From IMG/VR virus record IMGVR_UViG_3300008255_000011, positions 1-62,814 of that record: 62,814 bases of DNA. One strand, 5' to 3'. The stretch comes from a virus (taxonomy: Duplodnaviria; Caudoviricetes). This document shows positions 45,441 through 56,000 of the stretch, in pieces; positions within the stretch are counted from its first letter, which is position 1, and every line of letters starts with the position of its first letter. Under the pieces are notes generated by a model. That model was not told where the DNA came from. It searched no databases and worked only from the letters and a program-made list of their open reading frames with translations. The position numbers and the translations under genes were made by a program.

Positions 45441-47333
45441 ATGAGGCTGCCCATTCACGCGATCGCCGACCCGGACGCGAAGCCCGACTTCGTCCGGGCG
45501 GACCTCGAGCACTTCTGGAAGGAGGTTGTCTGCGAGGGCTCCTTCGTCCATCCGGACTCCGGGCAGGTCATCGAGATCGACAAGCCGCGGATGGACCGTT
45601 GGGTGAACCGGCTCGCGAAGATGAAGGAGGAGAAGATCCTCCCGACTCTGCCCTACGGCCATCGGAACCTCTTCAACGACAAGGAGAACGCCGGGTTCCT
45701 CGACTCCCTCGAGGTCCGGCAGCGGGAGGACGGCCGCTTCGGGCTCTGGGGTCTCTTCGACGTGCCGAAGGCGACCGACGCCGAGAACATCGGCACCACG
45801 ATCCGCGGGACCTCCATCGGTGTGAACTTCAACCTGAAGACCGCCGACGGCGCCGGCGGCATCAAGGAATGGGGCGAGGTCATCGACCACGTCGCCCTGA
45901 CGAACCACCCAGTCGTGTCGGACACCGAGGGCTTCCAGCAGGTCGAGGAGGAGCCTGTCCCTGCCGGGGCCCTCTCCACCTTCCGCTCGGTCTACTCGGT
46001 GGCGGACGGGGACGAGGCTGTCCTTCGGTTCGCCCACCTCTCCAGGGCCGACCTAGCCGCGTCGGAGAAGCTCTGGGGCGAGGCCGACAAGGCGATGCTC
46101 CCCGCCTCCTGCCACCTCCACGTGGGCGACCTCTCTGACCGGTCCACCTGGAAGCTCCCGGTCTACGAAGGGGCCGGCGCCCTGGTGGACGGTCCCGGCG
46201 GCGGGAAGGTCTTCGCTCGGCGCGGAGCGCTCAATCTCGGCGGCCTGCGAGCGGCCGCGGCCACCGTCGCCGGCGCGCGCGGCGGGATCGACCTCGCCGT
46301 GGACGAGACGAAGGCTGTGGCGAAGGACCTCGTCCGGCTCCTGAGGGAGAACGAGATCGAGCCCACCGACGGGCTCAGGAAGGCGGCGGGCATGTATCTT
46401 TCGATCGATTCCTCCTGGCTCGAGCAGGTCGCGGGCGAGATCGCGGTCCCCACCCTGAAGGCTCTCTTCCACGACCGGGAGATGGAGGACCAGCTCTGGC
46501 GGGCGACGTCGGCGCTGAACGAGGTCCTCCGGCGCGTCACCTCTTCCGACACCCTGACCGGCGAGGAGAAGAAGGCTCGGATCGACGGTGCCGTGGAGGA
46601 CTTCAAGGACCTGTTTGTGGCCCTCGAACCCACGATCGGGCTCGATGCGGTGCGTGCGGAGCTCCTCGCCCTCGCCCGCGTCTGCCCGACGTCCGGTGGC
46701 GGTGGCCTCGAAGTTCGGGGCGACACCAAGAGGACTGACCCGGAGGACGACGAGATGAAGATCAAGGATCTGATCACGAAGCTCAAGCCCGCGGCCGACC
46801 GGTTCGGCCTCTCTCTCGGCGAGGACGCCGACGAGTCGGCGGTCGACGCCTGCCTGGAGTCGATCCTCGGGAGGATCCCTCCTGCCGAGCAGCCCGAGAC
46901 CGAGCGCGAGAAGGCCATGCGGATCGAGCTGGAGCAGATCAAGACCGGGAACCGGATCTCCGCCGTGCGGACGGCGAAGTCCCGGGCGAAGGCGCTCCTC
47001 GAGCGCGGCAGCATCACCAGGAAGCAGCACGCCGCCCTCGAGAAGCTCCTCACCGCGGACAGCGGGAAGGTCTTCCACCTCGCCATGGAAGGCGAGGGCG
47101 AGAAGAAGGCCGAGGTCCTGAAGGACGAGGAGGTCGACGTCGCGGCCCTGGCGCTCGAGTTCGCGGAAGCGATCCCGGCCCAGGGAGCGTTCGGCGGCCG
47201 GCTGGTCGTGCCCGAGGTCCGGGACGACGGCAGCGACGAGGGAAAGAAGCGCGGACAGGCGGTGCGGAGTCTCCTGTCACACGCGGGCGCCAACCCCGAG
47301 ACCGGGGAGGTCGGAGGGGCGCGCACCGGATAG
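45441..47333 (+). CDS. Mu I-like capsid maturation protease with C-terminal scaffold
   Basis: HVALTNHPVV; WKLPVY...AGARGGID; charged helical C-terminus. Confidence 0.75.
   Translation: MRLPIHAIADPDAKPDFVRADLEHFWKEVVCEGSFVHPDSGQVIEIDKPRMDRWVNRLAKMKEEKILPTLPYGHRNLFNDKENAGFLDSLEVRQREDGRFGLWGLFDVPKATDAENIGTTIRGTSIGVNFNLKTADGAGGIKEWGEVIDHVALTNHPVVSDTEGFQQVEEEPVPAGALSTFRSVYSVADGDEAVLRFAHLSRADLAASEKLWGEADKAMLPASCHLHVGDLSDRSTWKLPVYEGAGALVDGPGGGKVFARRGALNLGGLRAAAATVAGARGGIDLAVDETKAVAKDLVRLLRENEIEPTDGLRKAAGMYLSIDSSWLEQVAGEIAVPTLKALFHDREMEDQLWRATSALNEVLRRVTSSDTLTGEEKKARIDGAVEDFKDLFVALEPTIGLDAVRAELLALARVCPTSGGGGLEVRGDTKRTDPEDDEMKIKDLITKLKPAADRFGLSLGEDADESAVDACLESILGRIPPAEQPETEREKAMRIELEQIKTGNRISAVRTAKSRAKALLERGSITRKQHAALEKLLTADSGKVFHLAMEGEGEKKAEVLKDEEVDVAALALEFAEAIPAQGAFGGRLVVPEVRDDGSDEGKKRGQAVRSLLSHAGANPETGEVGGARTG
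46683..46727 (+). promoter_or_regulatory. Intragenic late motif copy ahead of the nested scaffold start
   Basis: TGCCCG-N20-CGAAGTTCGGGGCGAC, then GGAGG and an in-frame ATG at 46755. Confidence 0.65.
46755..47333 (+). CDS. Nested in-frame scaffolding protein
   Basis: Own SD and motif; analogous to Mu I/Z. Confidence 0.6.
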   Translation: MKIKDLITKLKPAADRFGLSLGEDADESAVDACLESILGRIPPAEQPETEREKAMRIELEQIKTGNRISAVRTAKSRAKALLERGSITRKQHAALEKLLTADSGKVFHLAMEGEGEKKAEVLKDEEVDVAALALEFAEAIPAQGAFGGRLVVPEVRDDGSDEGKKRGQAVRSLLSHAGANPETGEVGGARTG

Positions 47334-47454
47334 ACGCCGCGGAAGAGGCCGGCGCTCCCCGCCGGCCCGCCCCTGACCGGCTCGGCGCCGGCTACGGGGG
47401 ACGATAGACGCACACTGTTACGGATCCACTCACCCCTGACGAAAGGCAGACACC

Positions 47455-47916
47455 ATGGGGTACGGATCTCCGATCGACCTGGGCACCGAGCGCACGGACA
47501 CCCCGAACCGCGACTGGCTCCTCAAGAAAGGTGGTGCCTTCACCAAGGGCATCATCATTGAGTCCGCCACGGTCGACTCCGGCAACTCCGGCGAGCGGAC
47601 TACGAAGCTCCGGTCCGGTCTCGTGATGGGCAAGATCACCGCCACGGGCAGCAACCAGAACCAGTACACCCAGTGCAACGAGGGCGCTTCGGACGGCAGC
47701 CAGGGGGCCATGGGCATCCTGTTGTCGAAGATCGACACGCTCGACGAGGACGGCCAGGCGGGCGACCGCATTGGCACCCTTCTCTTCGGGCCGGCGTACG
47801 TCGACGCGACGAAGTGCTACGTGACCACGGGTGGCTCGCAGGTGACACTCGCGAACGCTGCGACTTCGCTGGCCGCCCTCCGGGGCGACGGCATGGTCTT
47901 CAAGGGCGACGCATAG
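47455..47916 (+). CDS. Head decoration protein
   Basis: LRSGLVMGKITATG...ASDGSQ.AMGIL; precedes the major capsid gene. Confidence 0.75.
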   Translation: MGYGSPIDLGTERTDTPNRDWLLKKGGAFTKGIIIESATVDSGNSGERTTKLRSGLVMGKITATGSNQNQYTQCNEGASDGSQGAMGILLSKIDTLDEDGQAGDRIGTLLFGPAYVDATKCYVTTGGSQVTLANAATSLAALRGDGMVFKGDA

Positions 47917-47929
47917 AAAGGAGGCTTCG

Positions 47930-48934
47930 ATGTACGACGAATACGGCTTCCTGAAGCGCGAGACGCTCACGGAGGCGGCCCAGAAGTTCAAGTTCCCGAA
48001 CTACAAGCTGCGGGCTCTTTGGGAGGCCACCGGCTGCTTCAATCGGGCCCTCTCCGGGATCTACGCGAAGTGGAGGACCACCGAGGCGGACGACACGCTC
48101 GACAAGGACTTCGTGTCCGAGGAAAGCCAGTCGCAGCCGATGGACCTCGGGAAGCGCGGGTCGCAGAGCGCCCGCATGCAGATGACGTTCAAGTACAAGT
48201 CGTTCCCCGCCGAGATGGTCGGGAACGTGGAGGAGGCGGAGGCCATCGTCGCCGACGAGATCATGCAGATGCGCATGGTCGCCGGCGACCAGCTCGACGA
48301 GTACATGCTCGTCGGGATGCTGCAGGACTCCATCGCCACCACCGTCGACGGCGTGGCCAGGACGATCACCCCGGGGATCCCCGCGGGGAACAAGACGACG
48401 GCCGCGTCCGCCTGGTCCGACGCGTCCGCGGATGTCGCCGCGGACGTCGAGGAAGACCTCCAGATCATCCGCAACCACGGCTTCGAGCCGCGGTACGCCC
48501 TGGCCACCGGCAAGGTCTTCAACTCTCTGAAGAAGAACACCGTGGCGAAGGACTACCTCGCGCGGATGGGCATCGGACAGGACGCCTTCGTGAAGGGCGA
48601 GCTCCCGGATCTCTTCGGCCTCACCTGGATCAAGTACGACGCCGTCCACAGCGTCTTCAGCGGATCGCCGGTGCGGTTCCTGACGGAGGGGAAGGTCATC
48701 TACTTCCCCGAGCCGTCGCGGAGCTGGACGGAGTTCCAGGTGGGGCGCGTGGCGATGGGCGGAGGCGAGCAGGTGGGTCAGGGGATCCCGACGTTCCCCA
48801 TGACCAACGGGTGGGCGAGCTGGTACGAGAAGACCAATGACCCTCCGGGGTTCGTGGTCCGCGGCCGGTACGCCCGTCTCCCGGTCCTGAAGGTGCCGAG
48901 CCTCGTCGTGGTGCGGACCACCGGAATCACATAG
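47930..48934 (+). CDS. Major capsid protein (lambda E-like)
   Basis: 334 aa, GGAGG RBS, WSDASAD motif, follows the decoration gene. Confidence 0.8.
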   Translation: MYDEYGFLKRETLTEAAQKFKFPNYKLRALWEATGCFNRALSGIYAKWRTTEADDTLDKDFVSEESQSQPMDLGKRGSQSARMQMTFKYKSFPAEMVGNVEEAEAIVADEIMQMRMVAGDQLDEYMLVGMLQDSIATTVDGVARTITPGIPAGNKTTAASAWSDASADVAADVEEDLQIIRNHGFEPRYALATGKVFNSLKKNTVAKDYLARMGIGQDAFVKGELPDLFGLTWIKYDAVHSVFSGSPVRFLTEGKVIYFPEPSRSWTEFQVGRVAMGGGEQVGQGIPTFPMTNGWASWYEKTNDPPGFVVRGRYARLPVLKVPSLVVVRTTGIT

Positions 48935-48959
48935 CCCGGAGGTCCAGAAGGAAACTCGG

Positions 48960-48995
48960 GGGCCGGGCCGGTTCGTCCGGCTCGGCCCTCTCTCT
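48960..48995 (+). terminator. GC hairpin after the capsid gene (possible terminator)
   Basis: GGGCCGGGCCGG/CCGGCTCGGCCC stem, weak TCTCTCT tail. Confidence 0.45.
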
Positions 48996-49010
48996 ATCGG
49001 GGAGGCGGCC

Positions 49011-49556
49011 GTGGCGTACTACACGCTCGAGGCGGACACCGGTTTCCTCGCCCGGCTCACCGAGCGGGGCGGCTCCGGAAAGGTGCCCACCCCGGAGGAC
49101 CTCCGCCAGGCGGAGCAGTGGGCGGACGCGGAGGTCGACCAGCTGCTCATCGGTTTGGTGGGGGCCTACAACGCGGCCACCGTGATCTCCTCCTTCCGGT
49201 CCTCCCCACCGCCGGCGTTCGCCGCGCTGGCCTACCTCTACGGCGCCGCCTGGATCTTCGACAAGGTGGCCACTCGCGAATGGCAGATGACAAAGAAGGG
49301 GCAGCGTACGACGTCGGAGCACCTCCGGGAGCTCGCGAAGCGGATCGAGGGGACGATCCGGGCCTCGGGATACGTGACGCTCTCTGACGGCACGCTGTAC
49401 GCCCTGAGCGGGAAGAGGCGCCGGGGGATCGTGGTGGAGAACCCGGGGGTCCGGTTCTACGGGCCGGACGCGTCCACGACAGCGTACGGCCTGACCTCCC
49501 GCCACAACCTCGAAACGCTCTTCAGGGAGGCGAACGTGGAGGCCCCGATCCTGTGA
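49011..49556 (+). CDS. Putative head-tail adaptor
   Basis: Position; ADAEVDQLL motif. Confidence 0.55.
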   Translation: MAYYTLEADTGFLARLTERGGSGKVPTPEDLRQAEQWADAEVDQLLIGLVGAYNAATVISSFRSSPPPAFAALAYLYGAAWIFDKVATREWQMTKKGQRTTSEHLRELAKRIEGTIRASGYVTLSDGTLYALSGKRRRGIVVENPGVRFYGPDASTTAYGLTSRHNLETLFREANVEAPIL

Positions 49557-50095
49557 CCACCTGGGGCAGACCCGCCGGCGCCGGACCGCGGTTTCGCGTT
49601 TCCTTCCCGGACTACGCCCGGATCGCGAACAACATCACCCAGACCCGGGCGAACTTCAAGGACATGAAGAAGGGATACGGGAAGGCGGAGACGAAGGTCC
49701 ACGCCGCGGTGAAGGAGTGGTTCGACACCGAGGGCCGCGGGAGCTGGGTGGGCCTCGCGCGGTCGACGATCGAGGCCCGGAGCAATCGATGGGGCTACTA
49801 CCGGCTCGGTTTCCGGGAGGGCCCGGCCCACCGCATCCTCCACGCCCGCCACGTCCTCCGGCGCTCCCTGACAAGCCGTGGAGCGAAGAACTTCAGCTAC
49901 ATGCAGGGGAAGGTCTGGCGGTTTGGGAGCGAGGACCCGAAGGCCGCGATCCACGACGCCGGCGGGGAGGCGGGAAGCAGCCGTAACCCCCTCCCGGCCC
50001 GGCGAGTGGTTCCCCGGAAGCAGGTCCGGGCGATCGTCGCCGGCGAGCTCCGGCTCCACGTCCTTGGGCCCTGGCTCAAGCGGGGGGGAGGGTAG
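49553..50095 (+). CDS. Virion morphogenesis/tail completion protein (gpS-like)
   Basis: WVGLARST, LRRSL, AAIHDAGG, LPARR. Confidence 0.72.
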   Translation: MTTWGRPAGAGPRFRVSFPDYARIANNITQTRANFKDMKKGYGKAETKVHAAVKEWFDTEGRGSWVGLARSTIEARSNRWGYYRLGFREGPAHRILHARHVLRRSLTSRGAKNFSYMQGKVWRFGSEDPKAAIHDAGGEAGSSRNPLPARRVVPRKQVRAIVAGELRLHVLGPWLKRGGG

Positions 50096-50098
50096 GCG

Positions 50099-50653
50099 AT
50101 GGCCGACTTCACGGACGGGATCGACTTCACCGCGGACGCGCCGTTTGTGAAGGTGATCCGGCAGGCGAAGGTGAAGCTCACGAAGAGGGTGGATGGGTAC
50201 CCTTCGAAAAGCCTCCTCGAGTGGGCCGACCAGCGCGGAGGCCTCGAGGTCTTCGCATTCGCCGGAGACGACCCCCGCATCATGGTCCCCGAGCCGCACC
50301 AGTGCCCCGCGATTCTCATCTGGCTCGCATCCTCGCCGGAGGTAGAGGGGGTCTACAACTCGACGGCGGCGCGGGAGTTCTTCCTGACCCTCCGCTTCGA
50401 GGGGTTCCTCTACACTGCCGACCAGGAGGAGATCGCTCAGTTCGCCTGGCTCTTCCTCGGGGCAATCAGCAAGCCGTGGATGAAGAACGGCTTCGACGAG
50501 TTCGCGGGACCGACGAAGGTGGCCGAGCTGGACTACTACTGGCCGTCGAGCCCGCTCGACTTCGAAGCCTGGGGCCGGAACGCGGACGAGCCGGAGATCT
50601 TCAGCTTCCGGCAGGACATCACCTTCCGGATGAGCCAGGACCTCTTCCGGTAG
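50099..50653 (+). CDS. Putative tail terminator
   Basis: Acidic, PAILI motif, precedes the tail tube gene. Confidence 0.5.
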   Translation: MADFTDGIDFTADAPFVKVIRQAKVKLTKRVDGYPSKSLLEWADQRGGLEVFAFAGDDPRIMVPEPHQCPAILIWLASSPEVEGVYNSTAAREFFLTLRFEGFLYTADQEEIAQFAWLFLGAISKPWMKNGFDEFAGPTKVAELDYYWPSSPLDFEAWGRNADEPEIFSFRQDITFRMSQDLFR

Positions 50654-50656
50654 GGG

Positions 50657-50701
50657 CTGTCCGTGTTCGCCGGAAACAGTCGCCGAAGTTCGGAGTGACC
50701 C
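50657..50701 (+). promoter_or_regulatory. Dispersed late motif copy (TGTCCG-N20-CGAAGTTCGGAGTGACC)
   Basis: Intergenic, before the tail tube gene. Confidence 0.7.
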
Positions 50702-50738
50702 GAGAGACGAGAGACGACTCTCCGAGGAGGAAAAGCCC

Positions 50739-51887
50739 ATGCCGACCCCAACTTCCCAGCTCACGGACCTCGAGTACCTGATCCTCGAGAAGGAGCAGGC
50801 CACCGGGTGGGCCGAGCGCGACGCCACCGCCACCGCCCACGGGATACCGCTCATGGACGGCGAGTACGGCGTCGAGCTCGACGACCCGATCCGCGAGCAG
50901 CCCATCACCACCGGCGACGCGAACGCCACCTGGCTCGAGCAGGACGAGCGGCGGCTCCAGGGAACACTCCGGATCCCGCTGTACCCCGCGAAGGCGAAGA
51001 CGATCCTCGACTGGGCTCTGCTCCGGACGTCGAACGAACTCGACAGCTACACCGGCACCCACGTCTCCCCGGACGTCGAGACCCGCCGGCACTTCGGTCT
51101 GAAGCCGGACCGGATGCGGATCGAGGGGGCGCAGAAGGGCGACGTCGTCGCGAGCCTCGACCTGGTCGGCCGGTACGAGACGAAGGTCGGGAGCGCGCCG
51201 GCGGCGCCGACCATGCCGACGATCGAGGCATTCACCTTCGCGCAGGGCCGGTTCCTTCTGTCCCTGGACGGCGGATCCACCGAGATCGAGCCTGAGGCGA
51301 TCGAGGGCTTCAACCTGGAGCTCGCGAACAACCTCGACCGGGGTCCGAACAAGGAGGACCGGGCCGACGACGACAAGAGCATGTCGATCAACTGGCTCCT
51401 CGCGGGGAAGCCGGAGATCTCCGGCTCCGTGACGGCCCTCTGGGACCGGGCCGCCTACGGGGACATGCAGCGGGGCAAGCTGCAGGGCTCTTTCCGGATG
51501 GTCCTTGGCCACAAGGGCGGGGACTCGGCAACGGTGGGCGTGGGTGGCGCGGCGGCCGGATCGACGGTCTCCGTCCTCGTTGACAGCTCCGCCGGGTTCT
51601 CCGTGGACGAGGTGGTCCGCTTCGAGTCGTCCGCCGGCGTCCTGAAGTGCGGGGGGAAGATCTCGGCGATCGCGGACGGCACCCACATCACGATCACGAC
51701 CCTGGAGAAGGCCCTCGTCTCCGGCGACCTGGTCTACGGGAAGGCGCTCTCCCTCTACGTCCCGCGGATCTACTGCTCGGGCGTGCCGAAGCGCCGGGCC
51801 CGGAGCCAGCGGGTCCGGGTGACGCTCAACTTCCGGGGGTTCGCGGACGTCGGGCAGAGCCTGATCGAGTACATCGCGGAGGGATAG
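50739..51887 (+). CDS. Major tail tube protein with inserted beta domain
   Basis: FNLELANNL, ISGSVT; position before the chaperone and tape measure genes. Confidence 0.72.
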   Translation: MPTPTSQLTDLEYLILEKEQATGWAERDATATAHGIPLMDGEYGVELDDPIREQPITTGDANATWLEQDERRLQGTLRIPLYPAKAKTILDWALLRTSNELDSYTGTHVSPDVETRRHFGLKPDRMRIEGAQKGDVVASLDLVGRYETKVGSAPAAPTMPTIEAFTFAQGRFLLSLDGGSTEIEPEAIEGFNLELANNLDRGPNKEDRADDDKSMSINWLLAGKPEISGSVTALWDRAAYGDMQRGKLQGSFRMVLGHKGGDSATVGVGGAAAGSTVSVLVDSSAGFSVDEVVRFESSAGVLKCGGKISAIADGTHITITTLEKALVSGDLVYGKALSLYVPRIYCSGVPKRRARSQRVRVTLNFRGFADVGQSLIEYIAEG

Positions 51888-52056
51888 CCGGCCGGCGTTC
51901 CTTCCTTCCCCAGGCCCGGTGGGGACTCACGCTCCTCGCCGGGCCAACCTCCTCTTGCGGTTGATAGACAGTCCGCCCAGGACGTCCAGGATCGCGCGTG
52001 TTGCATCGGTGCCCGCGGTGGTCCCGGACGACGTCCTCGCCACGCCGCGCTCACGC

Positions 52057-52100
52057 AGCCCGCCCCGGGCGCCCCTGTCTCCCGAAGTTCGGGGTGAGCC
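52057..52100 (+). promoter_or_regulatory. Dispersed late motif copy (AGCCCG-N20-CGAAGTTCGGGGTGAGCC)
   Basis: Intergenic; followed by a GAAA-loop hairpin and a 14-bp inverted repeat. Confidence 0.7.
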
Positions 52101-52197
52101 GCGAAAGCGGTCTCGCCCGGGGAGCGGGTGTCCTGCTCGGATCTCTTCCCGCTCCCCGGGCTTCACGAAACCCAGAGGCCGAGCGAAGAGGCCGAGC

Positions 52198-52755
52198 ATG
52201 TCCGAGACGAAGAAGACGCTCCGGGAGGAGCTCACCGAGCGCGCCGAGCGCATGTTCCTTTCCGGCGAGGTGCCCGGGTGGATGGAACTCCAGTCCTACG
52301 ACCTGGCAAAGGTTCGGCTCCCAGGCGGGCACGAGGACGCCTACCTCGTCGTCGCCTCCCCGCCCAGAGCAGCGAAGAACGACCTCGACATCGCCAGGAG
52401 CCGGCTCGAGGCTTTCCAGCAGCGCCACGCCGGCAACCCGCCGAAGAACGACGCCGAGGAGGAGAAGCTCGAGAAGGACATCCGCAGGCTCCTCGAGCAG
52501 ACCGAGCGGGCCGAGGCAAGGTACCTCAGTGCCTCCATCCGGGAGGTCGGCCCGGGGGTGGTCTTCCGCTCCGACGTCGGGGCCTACAGGGACGGCGACA
52601 CCATCCCGGCGCCCCGGGACATCGCGGACGAGGCGGTCCGCCGCCAGGTCCTCTTCGAGGGATTCCCGGACATCGCCCTCGTCCGGGCCCACACGGCGCT
52701 GTCCCTCATGGCGGCCCGGATCCACTCCCTGGGGGGCGACGAGGGAAACGGATAA
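52198..52755 (+). CDS. Tail assembly chaperone (G-like)
   Basis: Between tail tube and tape measure; slippery GGGAAAC near the end. Confidence 0.7.
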   Translation: MSETKKTLREELTERAERMFLSGEVPGWMELQSYDLAKVRLPGGHEDAYLVVASPPRAAKNDLDIARSRLEAFQQRHAGNPPKNDAEEEKLEKDIRRLLEQTERAEARYLSASIREVGPGVVFRSDVGAYRDGDTIPAPRDIADEAVRRQVLFEGFPDIALVRAHTALSLMAARIHSLGGDEGNG

Positions 52756-53063
52756 AGGGCGCCGGCTGGTTCCTCGGGGCACTCGGCTCCGAGGACGCGT
52801 CGGACGCCTGGCAGGAACTTGCGGAGGAGGACCCGGCGCTTGCTGCCGGGCTCGCGGAGGTGAAGGTGTGCATGGCGTTCGGACGGTACCCGCTGGAAGG
52901 ATGCCTTGACGACCAGTCTGAGGCATTCCTGGCCCTCGCGTGGGTCCTCGCCCGGACGGGCATGCTCCCGCCGTCTCCCGCCGCGGCCAGGGTCGCGCTC
53001 TCGCAACTCGAGGCCACGAACCAGCTGATCAGGATGGTCTACCAGGCGCTCGGAGGTAGGTGA
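52743..53063 (+). CDS. -1 frameshift extension of the tail chaperone (GT-like)
   Basis: G GGA AAC at 52743-52749; open -1 frame to 53063. Confidence 0.7.
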   Translation, partial: GKRIKGAGWFLGALGSEDASDAWQELAEEDPALAAGLAEVKVCMAFGRYPLEGCLDDQSEAFLALAWVLARTGMLPPSPAAARVALSQLEATNQLIRMVYQALGGR

Positions 53064-56000
53064 TGGCCGACGAAAGGTTTCGCATCATCTTCGAGGGGCA
53101 GGGCGACCTGGACCCCGTCCTGCAGAAGCTCGAGCGGGCCTTCGATCGTCTGGCCTCCTCGGACCCGTTCGCGAAGATCACCGAGACCGCTCAGTCCGCC
53201 ATGAAGGCCCTCGACGACCTGGCGTCCCGGGTCTCGGAGGGATTCACCGGGGTGACCCGGGCGATCGACGCTCTGCAGCAGACCCTTCAGCAGATTCCGG
53301 TGGACAAGGCCGATCAGCTCGACCGGGCCATGGACCGCGTCGAGAAGACGACGAAGCGCACGATCGTCGGGTTCGGCCATCTCCAGGCCGCCCTCGGGGC
53401 CGTGGCGCACTCCGCCAGCCGGGGCTTCGACGCCGTGGGGACGCAGATCCGGTCCTTGGAGGAAGGCCTCGGCCAGTCCATCGGCGGGGCTCTTTCCGGG
53501 ATCGGCACCAGCCTCGGGAAGTTCGCTTCAGGGGGGCTGTCGGGAAACCTCTTTTCGGGGCTGATCGAGGGGGCTCGGAACGCCCTGACCACCATCGCTG
53601 GCGTGTCGAACTCGGCAGTGCAGGGAGTGATCTCGGCGGCCCAGTCGATCGTCGGATCGGTCGGGAACCTTTTCGGTGAGCTGCAGAAGGCAGGGTCGAG
53701 CGCGGTGGGGGGGATCCTCGGAGCGCTGACCGGTGTCGTCACCGGGCTTGGGCCGGCGGTTGCGGTCGTTGGGACCATGATCGGGAACGCGGTCGGCTCG
53801 GCGTCCAAGGCAGTGATCGACATGCAGGTCGGTCTCGTGAATGCCGGCCTCTCCGTCGCGTCCGGGGTTGCGGATCTCGCCACGGGATTCGCCCAGGCGG
53901 CGGTGAACACGGCCGCTGCTGTGCTGAACGGTCTGGTCACCGTGGCGCAGAACGTGGTCGAGAAGGTCGCGCAGGCATTCGCGGGGCTCGTCGAGAAGGT
54001 GACCGGCTTCGTGGGCGACCTGGTCGGGAAGGTCACCCTGGGGCTTACCGGGATCTCCTCGGTAGCCGCCACCCAGTCGATCCGCTTCCGTGACGAGATG
54101 GCGGTCACCTTCGGCCTGGTGGCGGAGGAGGGCCCGGAGGCCTTCCGCTCCATGGTCGCGCAGGTCCGGGACGTGATGGCGGAAACGCCGTTCCTTTCGT
54201 GGACGGAGGGGGCTCGGGGTCTCTTCCAGGCGATCAGCTTTGGCATCCGGGACCCGATCCAGCGGATCGAAGCTTTGCAGGCGGCCACGGACCTCGCGGT
54301 CGGCGGCGGGATGAAGGACCTCGGGACGTCCATGCAGGCGATCGCGCGCCTGATGGACCAGTTCGGCATCTCGGCTCGGGAGGCAGCGGACCGGATCTTC
54401 ACGATGCAGAACCAGGCATCCCTCGCCGTCTCGGACATCGCGCAGGGGATCGGGCAGGTGGTGGGGACGGCGAGGCTCGCCGGGCAGTCCCTGGACGAGA
54501 TCGGAACCGCCATCACATTCATCTCGCGGGTGCTGCCGCCGGAGGAGACCTTCGTTTCCCTGAACCGTCTCCTTCTCGGACTGGTCCAGCCGCCGCCGGC
54601 GACGGCGAAGTCCGGCTACGCGAACCTCTTCGAGGAGATGGGGGTGCAGCTCCGGGACGCGGAAAACCACTTGCTCCCGCTCTCCCGGATCATGGACCAG
54701 CTCCGATCCAAGAACCTGAACGACCAGCAGCTCACGGATCTCTTCCCAAACATCCGCTCCCTGCGGGGCGCAATCCCGCTGCTCATGAACTCGGCGGAGC
54801 AGACCGAGGCGATGACCGCGGCGATGAAGCAGTTCGAGGGATCCGCCCAGCGCGCGAGCGAAGTGGTCGAGTCGCAGCTCGGGGCGCGACTTTCGAAGAC
54901 CTGGAGCCAGTTCACGGGGCTCATCGACCAGGTCGTGGAACGGATTGAGGGGCCGCTCGGGGATGCCCTCACGGGGTTGACAGACTACCTGCGGGAGATC
55001 CGGCAGTCGCCGGGTTTCGACTCGTTCGCGGACTCGGTAGGCCGGGCGCTCAGCTCTGTGGTCTCGTTCGTGGAGAACGGCCTCCGTTACGTGATCGAGA
55101 ACTGGGGGCAGATTGAAGCGGGCGCCCGCCAGGCGTGGGGCACGGTGGCGGAGGTGGCGAACACCGCCTACGGTGTGCTCAAGACCACCTGGGATCTGCT
55201 GCAGGGATGGGTGTCCGGGGGACCGGAGTCGGGGATCGCGTCGGCCTGGGACGCGGTGAAGGCGGCGAGCACGGAAGCGCTTGCTGTGCTCCGAGCGTAC
55301 GCATCTGGGGACGTGGAGCCGCTCCGGCTGGCGTTCGAGCGGCTCTGGACCTGGGTGGAAGGTCGAGCCACGGTCGCCTGGGACAAGATCAAGGCGACGG
55401 CGCTCTCGTCTGTGGCGGGGCTGGTGGACACTTTGGCCGGCTTCCTCGCCGGCAAGATGCAGGCGGCGCTGTCAGACAGCCCGTTCCTCGCGTTCTTCGC
55501 GGAGCTCTCGGGAGTGAAGATCCCGGAAGTCCCGGAGGGCATGAAGGACCTCCTTCTCGCGCAGCGAGACGTCGGGCGGATCCAGGAGAAGCTGCCGGGG
55601 CTGGAGCCTGGAGAGAACGCGAACGCGCTGCTCAGGAGCCTGTTCGGTGTATCGCCGGCGATCCCGCGCCTGAATGAGGTCGCTGGCCAGTCCATTCAGG
55701 GGAAGTCCCGAGAGGAGTTGGGCGCGCTCCTCGAGACCCTCTCGGAGCAGATCGCGGCAGATCTCCGGGAGATGAACCCGGTCCGGCCGTTCACGCAGGA
55801 GCTCGAGCGGATGGCGGAGGAGGCCGGGCAGGCAGCCTCGGAGCACGCGAAGATCACCGCCGAGAAGAACGACGAGCTCCGCGAGGCGTACGAGGACGCG
55901 GTCCGTGCCTGGCGGAAGGCGGCCGGCCCGACCGGGCCGCTCGGCGAGGTCGGCCTCGCGGGTGTCGAGGGGGTGCTAGGCCCGCCGATGCCTTCCTTCG

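Noticed and set aside
51927-52043. Small minus-strand gene in the tail intergenic gap
   Set aside because: Only ~38 codons, no clear RBS or motif; unsupported
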